Of a stretch of 64,000 nt of DNA, positions 20,187 through 30,100 are shown one piece after another (the first letter of the stretch is position 1; every line of letters begins with the position of its first letter). The stretch covers positions 1-64,000 of IMG/VR virus record IMGVR_UViG_3300025270_000009. One strand, given 5' to 3'. The stretch comes from a virus. Lineage: Duplodnaviria; Caudoviricetes. The position numbers and the translations under genes were made by a program. Under the pieces are notes generated by a model. It was not told the DNA's origin and made no database searches. It worked only from the letters and a program-made list of their open reading frames with translations.

Positions 20187-20456
20187 TCAAGCACCTTTCT
20201 GTTCGTCTTTCAGAGTGATACTTTCGAGCTGACCCTTAAAGTGAACGACGCCTTCCACCATCACGGTAAACTGATCACATTCTTGAAGTTCACCATTAAT
20301 AAATGCTCCGCTAGCCAGAACAACACAAACCTCTTTGCCAATAATGCTTTTTAAATAATCGTGGTGACTCCAAGCCTTCGGCTTTTTGGATTTTGGACGG
20401 GCACTGCTGTTTGCTTGCTTGCGACGGTTTAGGGTTAAAGTGTTTTCACTTGGCAT
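20187..20456 (-). CDS. Hfq/Sm-like (LSm-fold) RNA-binding protein
   Basis: HDYLKSIIGKEVCVVLASGAFINGELQECDQFTVMV...HFKGQLESI aligns by eye with Hfq Sm1 (L.NG..LQG.I..FDQF) and Sm2 (YKHAISTV). Confidence 0.65.
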   Translation of the reverse strand: MPSENTLTLNRRKQANSSARPKSKKPKAWSHHDYLKSIIGKEVCVVLASGAFINGELQECDQFTVMVEGVVHFKGQLESITLKDEQKGA

Positions 20457-20528
20457 TGCTGATACCTCTTGTTTTATTGCTGAATGTTTGTGAATGCGAG
20501 AACATACTGCTCTCTTATACTTTGTATG

Positions 20529-21284
20529 TCAAGACTGAGATAGCTCCCCAACTTCAAAAAGAACCCTCTCGCTGAAATAAGACGTCAGCCGCTCAACTAC
20601 CTCTCTTCTCACATGGCCGCGATTGATTGCGTTGGCCAGGCAGTACTGTGGGTGAGACATTTTCAAAGCGTGTTGAATGACGTGTTTCTCATGAGCTTTT
20701 TGAAGCTCACTGACCTCTTCGCCGGGTTTGATGATGTAACGCTCGTCTCGGGCAAATCTAGGCGCGTAACGCTGCATTTCTTGCCAACGCTCATAGACAT
20801 CAGCGACTATATTCACTTCATACAAGTTTGACGCTGACAGCATGAGCTTTCTGGAATCCGACGTCTTCATTCTACCTATAGCCGCTTCGCTGTTTTTTCT
20901 GCGTAAAGCGATTTCAGCGGCATTTGTAATGTAAAAGTCGTATGGGGCGCCCATTTCATCAGCATACTGTCTCGCCTTCCAGAAGTAAGTCGGCGTTGAT
21001 ATCTTTGCCTTCTTACCTCTGTTCGGTCTGTTGTCGAGTGGGTCAGGTCTGGAGTATCCGCGAACATTATCGCCAACGTCACTGTCAATGTGGCGAGCGT
21101 AAAGCCGGCGAAAGGTTTCACGGAATGTTCCGGCGAACAAATATGTTTTCCAGGTCGGATGCTTAGCGCGGTAATCCCACCAACAGATATTCATAAGCTC
21201 CGCTTCTTTCTTCCGGTGCTTCTTTGTGATCCGGTTCACGGCTATTTCTTCGTACTCCGTGTGTGAGAGATTAAGTCCGTACAT
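20529..21284 (-). CDS. Hypothetical phage protein
   Basis: 251-aa ORF upstream of the Hfq-like/helicase/primase genes. Confidence 0.65.
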   Translation of the reverse strand: MYGLNLSHTEYEEIAVNRITKKHRKKEAELMNICWWDYRAKHPTWKTYLFAGTFRETFRRLYARHIDSDVGDNVRGYSRPDPLDNRPNRGKKAKISTPTYFWKARQYADEMGAPYDFYITNAAEIALRRKNSEAAIGRMKTSDSRKLMLSASNLYEVNIVADVYERWQEMQRYAPRFARDERYIIKPGEEVSELQKAHEKHVIQHALKMSHPQYCLANAINRGHVRREVVERLTSYFSERVLFEVGELSQS

Positions 21285-21378
21285 TTTAGGGTTGCCTACT
21301 TGCTTTGCTGAATAATTAATTATTAATAAGTATTAAATCAGATAAATATATATAAATACAGAGAGACACCGGCTGACC

Positions 21379-21969
21379 CTAAAAATAGTTTCCTAGCCTA
21401 TTAATAGATTTCATGCGGTCATTCACCGGATATTCGTTAATCTCTTCTATATCAGGCCGGTAAACTTTGTTGGCCGGTTCCCGGTACAGATTGGGGTTGT
21501 TCGCTTTAAAGTAAAAGACAGACGTTCCCCGGTCGTTTCTGCCTACCGGCTTCCCTGTTTCAGCTGAAATAAAAGCAATTCTGCCTCTTGGCATGAATAT
21601 CGATTCAGCCCGGTCGAAAGCTTGATGAAACCAGTGAGAGCACGTTGAGTTGGTAACCAACACACAAACATTGGCGCCCAGGTCTGACATTTGAATAGCT
21701 CTTTCAACGAAAGGTTTGATGTTGCTAAATGGCGGGTTTAACCATACGAGCCCGTCATGAGCCGTGTAATGCTCTAACCAGTTTGTCTCTAGCGCATTGT
21801 CATCTTCAGTAATAAAGTCTCTGGAAACAGCGTTTGCGGCGCTGCTAGCTGCATCGAGAACGATTTCTCTACCGATAAAGTCTTCAAAATACGAAACAAC
21901 GTTGTCTGGTGTCTGCCACAGGTCTTTGTTTGCCTTTTTTGTCTTGCTTTCTGTTTTTGTGCCACGCAT
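21379..21969 (-). CDS. Phage N6-adenine DNA methyltransferase (Dam_phage family)
   Basis: Motifs DLWQTP, LDAAS, WLNPPFS, GRIAF. Confidence 0.9.
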   Translation of the reverse strand: MRGTKTESKTKKANKDLWQTPDNVVSYFEDFIGREIVLDAASSAANAVSRDFITEDDNALETNWLEHYTAHDGLVWLNPPFSNIKPFVERAIQMSDLGANVCVLVTNSTCSHWFHQAFDRAESIFMPRGRIAFISAETGKPVGRNDRGTSVFYFKANNPNLYREPANKVYRPDIEEINEYPVNDRMKSINRLGNYF

Positions 21970-22035
21970 AAAAATACTCTCTTACAGGGGAAACTATAAG
22001 AGAGTATATTACAGCACTGAGATATAAATTTACAG

Positions 22036-22779
22036 TTAACGGTAGCGCTTCAAAATTTCCCGAACAATGCCCGAGCGAACAACGTCGTCTTCATCAAACT
22101 CAATAACACTTGCACCCTTCATACCATCGAATCGATGAATGGCATCATTGAGACCACTAGGGCCTTTGATATCAACCTGATCGATGTCACCGTTAACAAC
22201 GACTCGTGAGTTTTCACAGATCCGGGTTAGAAACATTTTCATTTGTTTCGGCGTACAGTTTTGAGCTTCATCGAGAATGACAAAGGCGTCATCGAAGTTT
22301 GAGCCGCGCATATAAGCTAGAGGTCGGGCATCAATAACCTTTCGCTTTCTAAGGTATTCGACTTTGGATTTGCCCATAAGCTTTTCGAAAGCATCAATGA
22401 ACGGCTGCAGGTAAGGGTCAAACTTTTCATCAAGCTCGCCTGGCAGTGCACCATGATCTTCTTCGATCTGGACAGCCGGTCGTGTGATAACGATTTTTTC
22501 TATATCGCCATTTTGAAGCATTTCAGCTGCAATTGCTGATGCGACAAATGTTTTACCTGTTCCGGCAGGGCCGGTGCCGAACGTCAGTTGGTTACAAACG
22601 ATAGAAGAGGTGTACAGACCTTGAGTTTGCGTTTTAGGTTCAAACCTTGCTCTCTTTGGCTTTTTCGGACTCTTTATCGTATGAGCAAACTCTCTATCCA
22701 ACAATTCGTTCTCAATTTGATTTTGATCTTTGATATGTTGGGTTTTAGAGCGTTGCTGACGCTTTTTCTTTTTTGACAT
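22036..22779 (-). CDS. phoH: PhoH-family ATPase
   Basis: Motifs GPAGTGKT, LAYMRG, ILDEAQN, GDIDQ, VVRSG. Confidence 0.95.
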   Translation of the reverse strand: MSKKKKRQQRSKTQHIKDQNQIENELLDREFAHTIKSPKKPKRARFEPKTQTQGLYTSSIVCNQLTFGTGPAGTGKTFVASAIAAEMLQNGDIEKIVITRPAVQIEEDHGALPGELDEKFDPYLQPFIDAFEKLMGKSKVEYLRKRKVIDARPLAYMRGSNFDDAFVILDEAQNCTPKQMKMFLTRICENSRVVVNGDIDQVDIKGPSGLNDAIHRFDGMKGASVIEFDEDDVVRSGIVREILKRYR

Positions 22780-22789
22780 TTTTCACCTA

Positions 22790-23365
22790 CTACGATGTTT
22801 TGCACAAGTCGTTGTGCTGATGGATTGTATTAGTGATGAATGATTTGAACTTGGCGACGTTTCGCTTTCTGAGACAGCTGAAAGTGCTGTTGCCGATGTG
22901 ATCGCATATTGAAGTGATATCTTTAGAGCGCACCTTTCCATTCACAAAGGTTGGCCCTCTTGTGGCCATAGAAAACCAGGGGCTCGTTAGCTTCATAGAC
23001 AGGTGTTCTGGATTGTAAACAACCCATACCATGTCAGCTCCGGACTCCGGCATTCTGGTGGATGCTTTCAGGTGAGGTTCGACAAGTATAACCGAGCCCA
23101 GGCTTTTACCCCCGGTTAACTCTCTCAGCTCCATCGCCTCAACAACGTACCTGCACGCCTTTCCAAAGGCTACAATGTGGTACTTTTTATCAAATCGAGA
23201 CATCAGCTGCGTGACACGGCTTAAAGAGGGTACGGCATAAGTGGTTATATTGTCTTTGATGCGAAGGCACTCAGACTCGAACGGCAAATCAATAGCAAAA
23301 AAGTCCAGGGCGCTAGGGGCGCTCGCTGGACTTAATACTAAAACCTGGTTGGTTTCTTGGCTCAT
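22790..23365 (-). CDS. Hypothetical protein, degenerate alpha/beta-hydrolase-like
   Basis: HIVAFGKAC and SVILVEP recall a nucleophile-elbow region lacking the Ser; coupled to the endolysin gene. Confidence 0.4.
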   Translation of the reverse strand: MSQETNQVLVLSPASAPSALDFFAIDLPFESECLRIKDNITTYAVPSLSRVTQLMSRFDKKYHIVAFGKACRYVVEAMELRELTGGKSLGSVILVEPHLKASTRMPESGADMVWVVYNPEHLSMKLTSPWFSMATRGPTFVNGKVRSKDITSICDHIGNSTFSCLRKRNVAKFKSFITNTIHQHNDLCKTS

Positions 23366-23799
23366 ATTTCGAAGACCTCAAAGCGAACGGCGTATGTCAC
23401 CGGCTGTCTGAATCCAATATGAACCCACTCTGCGTTACCGACCTTTTCATGAATCAACTGGTCGAACGGCAAATCTTTCATTTCCTGAATTGCCTCGTAT
23501 AGCTGCTTCACTGTGATTCCGGATGGAACGATATCTGCGGCCAAGCCAAACAAGTGAGCGCTGTCATCTACGCCGCCTACTTCTTCATTAAGCTCTTCAC
23601 AGCGATAACCACTTGTGATGTAAAGAGGTATCTCAAATCCAAACTTCTTCTCAATGAAGTCCCGAATTGATTGAAGGCCATGAGCTGTCAAAAACAGGTT
23701 GGAAAGTATTTCTACGTTTCCGGGTACGTTATCTATACCCTTTTCTCTTGCCGTGTTTGAGTCAATCAACTCGTCATAAGAAATGTTATCAGGGTACAC
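23362..23799 (-). CDS. Peptidase M15A-family endolysin
   Basis: SGYRC..LN..VGG...SAH..G.AAD...WVHIG zinc-peptidase motifs. Confidence 0.88.
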   Translation of the reverse strand: MYPDNISYDELIDSNTAREKGIDNVPGNVEILSNLFLTAHGLQSIRDFIEKKFGFEIPLYITSGYRCEELNEEVGGVDDSAHLFGLAADIVPSGITVKQLYEAIQEMKDLPFDQLIHEKVGNAEWVHIGFRQPVTYAVRFEVFEI

Positions 23800-23800
23800 G

Positions 23801-24232
23801 TTACTTCCCCTCTATGACTATTGGTGTTTCAGCCTTAACCCGCTCTGTAATGTAGTTTTTCAAAATAACAGGTCCGACTAACGAAAATACGATGTAAATA
23901 ACACCCACAAAGCCTAAAGACTTCAGGGCAAAGGTAAGAACCGACTTCCAGACGCTCGAACTGAAGTTCTCAAAAAAATCCAGTAGCTTTTTAAGCCTGA
24001 AGTGGTCAGTTATGTGCTCGTGAGCTTCCACCCTCCCAAAATAAGAAGACAGCTTTGATTCAAGCTGCCCCTCCAAGCTGTCCGCTATCTTCTGCGAAAA
24101 GTCTTTCTCGAACTCAGAAAAGGCCAAGCGAGTCTCGACACCATACTCTTCGCGAGATTTAGCGACAGCAGCGTCAATCATTTTCTGAACTTGCTCATGG
24201 CTAAGCTCATTGCTTTTGCCTGACATCACCAC
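23801..24232 (-). CDS. Membrane protein, candidate holin
   Basis: One C-terminal transmembrane segment (LGFVGVIYIVFSLVGPVIL), directly upstream of the endolysin. Confidence 0.5.
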   Translation of the reverse strand: MVMSGKSNELSHEQVQKMIDAAVAKSREEYGVETRLAFSEFEKDFSQKIADSLEGQLESKLSSYFGRVEAHEHITDHFRLKKLLDFFENFSSSVWKSVLTFALKSLGFVGVIYIVFSLVGPVILKNYITERVKAETPIVIEGK

Positions 24233-24301
24233 CTCTCATCAGCTTTCTTGAGTATGGTATCAGTAAACTCACTTATACCTCAATTATAAGTCAATGCTGA
24301 C

Positions 24302-24523
24302 TTATTCTTTTTCTTCTGACTTTTCTACCGGCTCAACCGCTTCATAAATTTCATCAAGAAGCTTTTCGCTTTGCGGGTCCAAGCCAAGCTTTTCAGCTAA
24401 GCCCTGGGCAAATTGAGAAAGCGTTGAGTTAAGGTTGCCGGCTGTTTTATTCAGGTCGTAAATTTCAGCTTTCAAGGTCAGGTTTTCCTGCTGAAGCTGC
24501 TGCATTTGATTAGGCTGTTGCAT
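24302..24523 (-). CDS. Small coiled-coil hypothetical protein
   Basis: 73-aa ORF overlapping the upstream gene. Confidence 0.6.
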   Translation of the reverse strand: MQQPNQMQQLQQENLTLKAEIYDLNKTAGNLNSTLSQFAQGLAEKLGLDPQSEKLLDEIYEAVEPVEKSEEKE

Positions 24524-24857
24524 TTGGAATCACCGTGTTTAAGAAGTGAGTTTCAGCTTGCTCGACAATCGGCATCTGGTCATCTTCAGTTTCAAAAGAT
24601 AAAAACTCAGAGTCATTTTCGTCGCGATATGTCAGCGGATCTTTACCGTCCAGTCGATGCTGTTCGCTCGGCCAATAGATAACGCTGTACTCGACGCGAA
24701 TGTTTTCGCTTGAGTCTTGCGAGTAAGAGCCGTCTTCCTCGTTAAATCGAGCGTTTTTACTAGCGTACTTGTTTAAATTTGCATGGTTTACAGCAAAAAC
24801 GGGCGCCTCATGGGTCAATCCGTGTTGGTCTGTAAAATTAGTTACCGTAGTGATCAT
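24510..24857 (-). CDS. Hypothetical protein, possibly tail-fibre associated
   Basis: 115-aa ORF with GAGG RBS. Confidence 0.6.
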   Translation of the reverse strand: MITTVTNFTDQHGLTHEAPVFAVNHANLNKYASKNARFNEEDGSYSQDSSENIRVEYSVIYWPSEQHRLDGKDPLTYRDENDSEFLSFETEDDQMPIVEQAETHFLNTVIPNATA

Positions 24858-24960
24858 ATTTACCTCTTAAGAGTTTATTGCTTATCGATTAGCACTAGCT
24901 CAATGCTTATAGTATTCTATTCCAATACTGAGATACATTCAATGAAAGCATGAGGTTCAG

Positions 24961-25611
24961 ATGACAGCAAACGACTTCTACGAAAAGCTAATGGCAAAGT
25001 CCACCAGGCCATGCGAGCCCAATAACCGGGTTAACGAAAGACTTGTGGTATTTGAGAATGTCTTTACTGAGAAAGAATGTGATGAAGCACTGAAAAGTTT
25101 CGATCACTTTTCTACTGATATAGGTACCGTTGGCAAGCCTAAATCTGACGACTACTCAGAAGAAAACTACAACCATGTGCTCGACTCAACTCTTAGAAAC
25201 TGTCTTGTGACCTATGCAGATCGCTTGTTTTTCAACAGCTGGATTCATGATCGTATTGAAAAGAAGATTGTAGAGGCTAACGAGGAGGCGTGGAAATGCC
25301 AGATTACCGACTTCAGTCAGCCTATGAGGTTGATGACTTATCGAGCCGGTCATCATTTTGGCAGTTGGCATCAGGACAATGGCGTTCTCGACACAAGCTT
25401 CAGAAAACTCACCGCAATCGTTCAACTATCAAAACCAGAAGAGTATGAAGGCGGTGAGTTTCTCATAGCCGGACACCCCACCCCCGCCGAAGCTTACAAG
25501 CAAGGTTCAGTAATTGTATTCCCCTGCTACTTGATGCACCGGGTTACTCAGGTCATTTCTGGCGAGCGTAACAGCATCGTTCACAGGGCGATAGGTGAAC
25601 CGTTCAGGTAA
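24961..25611 (+). CDS. 2OG-Fe(II) oxygenase (PKHD / prolyl-hydroxylase-like)
   Basis: WHQD...RKLTAIVQLS..EEYEGGEF...HRVTQVISGERNS, giving HxD...H...RxS. Confidence 0.9.
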   Translation: MTANDFYEKLMAKSTRPCEPNNRVNERLVVFENVFTEKECDEALKSFDHFSTDIGTVGKPKSDDYSEENYNHVLDSTLRNCLVTYADRLFFNSWIHDRIEKKIVEANEEAWKCQITDFSQPMRLMTYRAGHHFGSWHQDNGVLDTSFRKLTAIVQLSKPEEYEGGEFLIAGHPTPAEAYKQGSVIVFPCYLMHRVTQVISGERNSIVHRAIGEPFR

Positions 25612-26341
25612 TTTTCGGATGTCTTTTTACGTGCGTTTGGTGGTCGTCGAACTGGTTACCAAACGCATCCACTCCTTTCGCGTAAAGGTGTCCGTTTCTG
25701 CTTGGCTTTAAAGGGTCTTCTTCCTGTCTCTTTCTTGCAAACTCCCTCTTTTGCCTACTTTCTTCTTCAACCTCTTTAGCTGGCAAAACCTCCAGGCCGC
25801 TTGATACATTAAACGAATCAATGAAGCCTCTAGGGACAGGCATAATACAACCTATTAAATCCCCCTTTTTTATTGTAACCGTGTGCCCAGGTCTCGTGCA
25901 CTTAAGGTTAAATGTGAAGTCTCTCCTTAAGTTGTCCGATTCAACAACACCGGTCATGTGGCCAACTCCGTCTATGAAATGGTTTGGCGGATTTACCGTC
26001 ATAAGATTGACACCTTTCGGCGTCTTGAAATTAAATCGGTTCTGTATAGTTACCACTCCCATTCCAAAGTGAGAAGTTACTATTTGAGGCCTCTCATTGA
26101 GTCTGGTTCGTGAGTATTTGTTGTCCATGATTATACTGACGTCTTCCGGATTGTTGCCGCCATTCCATGTAAACTTGAAATCGTAAAGGCTTCTAATTGA
26201 AAAACCATACTGGTTACCAATTAGAAGCGGTAAACAATGGTAGGCGTGCTCAGAGAACCAGTCTCTCTTTTTATCCCCCGCCATTGGCTTGACTATTTCA
26301 GCAATGTGCCGGTTGAAATTTTTATGATCGGGTATTGCAGC
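25604..26341 (-). CDS. DUF6065-like protein
   Basis: RDWF..HAYHCLPLLIGNQYG, SHFGMG, GVVESD, FTFN motifs (family recalled from memory). The start lies between about 26341 and 26392; ATG at 26359 (MKDK) is likely. Confidence 0.65.
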   Translation of the reverse strand, partial: AAIPDHKNFNRHIAEIVKPMAGDKKRDWFSEHAYHCLPLLIGNQYGFSIRSLYDFKFTWNGGNNPEDVSIIMDNKYSRTRLNERPQIVTSHFGMGVVTIQNRFNFKTPKGVNLMTVNPPNHFIDGVGHMTGVVESDNLRRDFTFNLKCTRPGHTVTIKKGDLIGCIMPVPRGFIDSFNVSSGLEVLPAKEVEEESRQKREFARKRQEEDPLKPSRNGHLYAKGVDAFGNQFDDHQTHVKRHPKIT

Positions 26342-26358
26342 TATTGTTTTATCTTTCA

Positions 26359-26889
26359 TCACAGTATGCTCTTGCTCTTCAAATCCGTCCAAAATGACGA
26401 AAGGTTGAATCTTTCTCTACCCCCAGGTGGATTTACCCCGTGTTTCCATTCCAGTGTTGACCTGAACATTAATAAAGTGCCTGGTTTCGGCTTTAAGGTT
26501 ATTCCTTTGTTTGGGAAGTATATTTCTCCGCCAGAGTAGTCGTTGTTTAGGTAAAGTATCGTCGCAAACTTTCTCCAGTGGACCGGGTGTTTGGTGCCAT
26601 CTTCGTTTTCGGCATCAGCATGAGGCGGCATTCCAAAGCCTATAGGCCACCTGGATAAAGCCAAAGTGTCAGGGTACAACCTAGAATACTCTGAGTTCTT
26701 TACGACACAGCTTCTCATTCTTAGCAACAGGTCTTTGGCCAGGCAATATCTCTCGCTGTTTTTTAAGGGCTCGCAAGCCCTGTTTTTCCAAAAACCAGTG
26801 CCACCTAAATCATTCCAATTCGTAGATCTGCACAAATCCAGAAGAGAATTTATCTCCCCTGGTTGTGCAAAGTTTTCTACCACCTTCAT
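26359..26889 (-). CDS. 2OG-Fe(II) oxygenase, prolyl 4-hydroxylase-like
   Basis: PPHAD...ILYLNNDYSGGEIYFP...KPKPG...HGV...RFNL. Confidence 0.9.
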   Translation of the reverse strand: MKVVENFAQPGEINSLLDLCRSTNWNDLGGTGFWKNRACEPLKNSERYCLAKDLLLRMRSCVVKNSEYSRLYPDTLALSRWPIGFGMPPHADAENEDGTKHPVHWRKFATILYLNNDYSGGEIYFPNKGITLKPKPGTLLMFRSTLEWKHGVNPPGGRERFNLSSFWTDLKSKSIL

Positions 26890-27116
26890 TATCTAATCAT
26901 AATGTTAGGCGGCCAGGTGGGTGGCGGCGGTATGTAAGGAGGTGGCGGTGGCGGCGTGTAGTCAGATTTGCCATGAAGGTGGCTCATTGAGACTGAGCCA
27001 GACGTTCTCTCCGCCAGGCTTCTCACGCTGCTCTGTCCTAGTGATATGGAGCCAGATTCACCTAGCTCCTGTCTCACTTGCAGCATCGTTATTGTTCCTG
27101 AAGACGGTAGTGCCAT
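26889..27116 (-). CDS. Small tail-fibre tip protein with polyproline C-terminus
   Basis: The MALPSSG.I.M..VR.ELG...SMSHLHGKS N-terminal module is typical of genes following S74 tail fibres; C-terminus YTPPPPPPYIPPPPTWPP; TAATG overlaps on both sides. Confidence 0.7.
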   Translation of the reverse strand: MALPSSGTITMLQVRQELGESGSISLGQSSVRSLAERTSGSVSMSHLHGKSDYTPPPPPPYIPPPPTWPPNIMIR

Positions 27117-30100
27117 TATGCAGCTCCTATCATTCTTTCAATCTTATCTAGTCGAATTTCCAAGCTCTCACGCTCAAACTTCTCCTCTTTCAAGGCCTCA
27201 ACCAAAAGCGCAATTATCTTTTCTTTGTGAACAGTCAAGTATTCATTGTCGAATGGTGCCGGAACCACAGCATCAGGTATAACCTCTCTCACGTTTTGAG
27301 CAATAAACCCGGTTTCGTGCCTCATTGACGGTGAAAAACCTAAATCCTCACAATTCTTTTTCCAGTCAAATGTGACACCATTAAGCTTACTCAACTTCTT
27401 CAGGGCATCAGGTATCCGCTCTATGTTTTCCTTCAGTCTTTCATCTGAAGCGTATGCTGTAACATTTCCTTTTGTATCCAAAGACTTGTTAAAGTAAAAC
27501 TTGACCCTGTCGGTATATATGTGAGCTGCACTTGTATTGGCGGGTCCGAAGTCTATATAGCCATACTGAGTAGTATGCCTTGTCCATTGACTACTTCTGG
27601 CCCAAAAATAATGGTAGCTACCACCGTCGTACAACGCTATACCCGAATTCCCGTATGTTCCTCCAGATCCATTAGTCCCATTTATATGCAGTATGCCGGC
27701 GTCTGAAGGTGTTCCACCACTACCAAATCTAGCATCAATAGAAATCCAGTCATTTCCTTCTTTATAATGAACTCGACCGTCGACAGCTATTTTATTTGTT
27801 TGGAAAGTACCATCTGTATGAAATAAGTATCGAGTATCTGGACCACCACCAACTCTTATTTGAAAAGAACCACTAGCATCATTTTCGTTGGATGCTAAAT
27901 CCCATTTAGTTGTATTACCAGATTTTAGCCTTATATATTTCCAAGCATTTACAGGGTTTTCTATTTCTAATCTAGTTCCATTAAAGGTTTTAATTCCACC
28001 AACATTTTGACTAGCCGTCGAAGATACAACACCTAGTTCGCTATATTTCGGCTTATGCCCTTCGTGGTAAACTCTTTTCCCATTGACTTGCGGGGTAGAG
28101 AAAAAGCGCACCAATTGATCGGTGTAGTAAAACTGCATAACCTTGTTTGATGGTATAGAGTCTGTTACAGACCCCATTCCTATCCACCCCTTACCATCGC
28201 CTGTGTAAGTTAGATGGAGGGCTGCACTTCCCTTTTTACCTGATTCCCCTATAGATATTCCAGCCCCCTGATCGGTTCCAGTACCACCGGATCCTGGTGA
28301 GTCTATGGTTAGCCAAGGATTGCTCTTAGAAATAGCAAGGTCACCAGAAAGAGAGCCACCGCTTAAGGGTAAGTAACTGTGACTGTGGGACGCCTGGGCT
28401 GCTCCAATTTCGCCAGGGGTGGGCTTGTGACCGGTGTGATAAATCTCTCTGGACCCAATAAAAGAGCCGTCTCTAAACCTTCTAAAGAAAAGTCGATCTT
28501 GTAAGGCTGCTACACCTATTTGAAAGCCGTTACCGCCACCACCAGAAGTGATAAATGTAGGGTAAGAGCCGATAGCGCTACCTGCATGGTTGCCAGCTGA
28601 GTAAAATCCGCTTTTTTGACCTCCTGCATCATCAGCGCTTGATAAGCTCTTTTTATAACCAAGCCCAAACTTTCTTACATCCTCATTTCTTACACTGCCT
28701 AGACCTACATCACCCGCCGTGGTTGCTCTAGCCCTTAAAGAAGAGTAAGTTCCAGATGAATTAAACACGTCACCTTGCAAGCTGAAAGTGGTGCCATTCA
28801 AACTCAAGCCAGCCCCTGATGAGTATTGCGTGTCACCAATTAAAGCTGATGACGGCAAAACTGACGTCGGTATTATGCCACTATCTATCTCGCTTGCTGT
28901 TGGGTGTCTATTCGGCAAAACTTCGTGAGTTTTGTCTACAACTCCCGAGTGTGAGGTTTCAAATGTAATGTCAAAATTTGAGCTTGTCGAGCCATAGCCA
29001 ATTACAAGGTCCTGCACTGATACATGAATGTGAGACCAGTTAGTAGTCTCTTCACCAATAAGGATGTACCTTTCCCCACCTTCAGTGACAAATCTAACCT
29101 TGACTCCTTCATAGTCTTTATCGGCACGACCAGAAACATGAGTTCTAAACCAAGACCCGCCCGATATGTAAGTGTAACCGCCTACTGTTATATCTAAAAG
29201 TCCAGAGTAAGACCATACAACCACTCTGGCGCTAAACATTACATTGTCGCTGCCGACATTTATCTTTATAAAGCCGCTTGACGTCGGGTCTATGTATCTC
29301 CCCGAAGTGTTCACCTTTTTTGTGGTGCCACCCATACGGTCAGATCTAAGAACAAAATCAGGTTTGCTAGTCACCTCCGACCAAGAAGGCCAACGAGTTG
29401 CTGTTGCCGGTTTTCCGGTTACCTCAGACCAGCTTGGAGTCCACCCTTCAGCCTTAGCTCCTATCTCAGACAGGGTAGGCCAACGAGTTGCTGTTGCCGG
29501 TTTGTTCTTAACTTGAGACCATGAAGGTGTCCAGGTGTCAGGCAGAGCGTTTACATCAGAGTATGTCAGGTTTACTGAACCAACATAACCATTAACGCTA
29601 TCAACCTTGTCTGAGCCGTCCTGTTTGAACCACTCAGAGTTTTGAGGGTTGTAAATGATGCTGTCGCCAGGGGCGTACTCGATGCCTAGTATTGTTCCCG
29701 AGTTTACGATCTTGTAAAAAACTGAGCCAACGTCAGGTGTTGGTGGAACTTGGCCGGTTGACGCATCCCATTGGCCACCCATATACATACCACCCGTTAG
29801 AGCTTGAGCGGCCTGTTTTGCCTCTTCAGAGTAACCTTTTGAGACTGAAGACCAGTGTTTACTGCTGTACTTGCCGGTTTCAACTTCAACACCGTCAGCT
29901 TCTTCCGCCCACTGCATAGCCTTGTTCATGTGAGACTGCGCCTGGCTCATAAAATATGATGCGTCTGACTTGTGTTGACCTGCCGCTTGCTCGCTTTGAA
30001 GAGCTTCTGCTGCGCTCCCTGCTGACTTTGTAGCGTGGTGTCTTGAAGAGTAAAGGCCCGTCTCTACCTCAATATCAACGTCCTTCTCCGACCATTCTTT

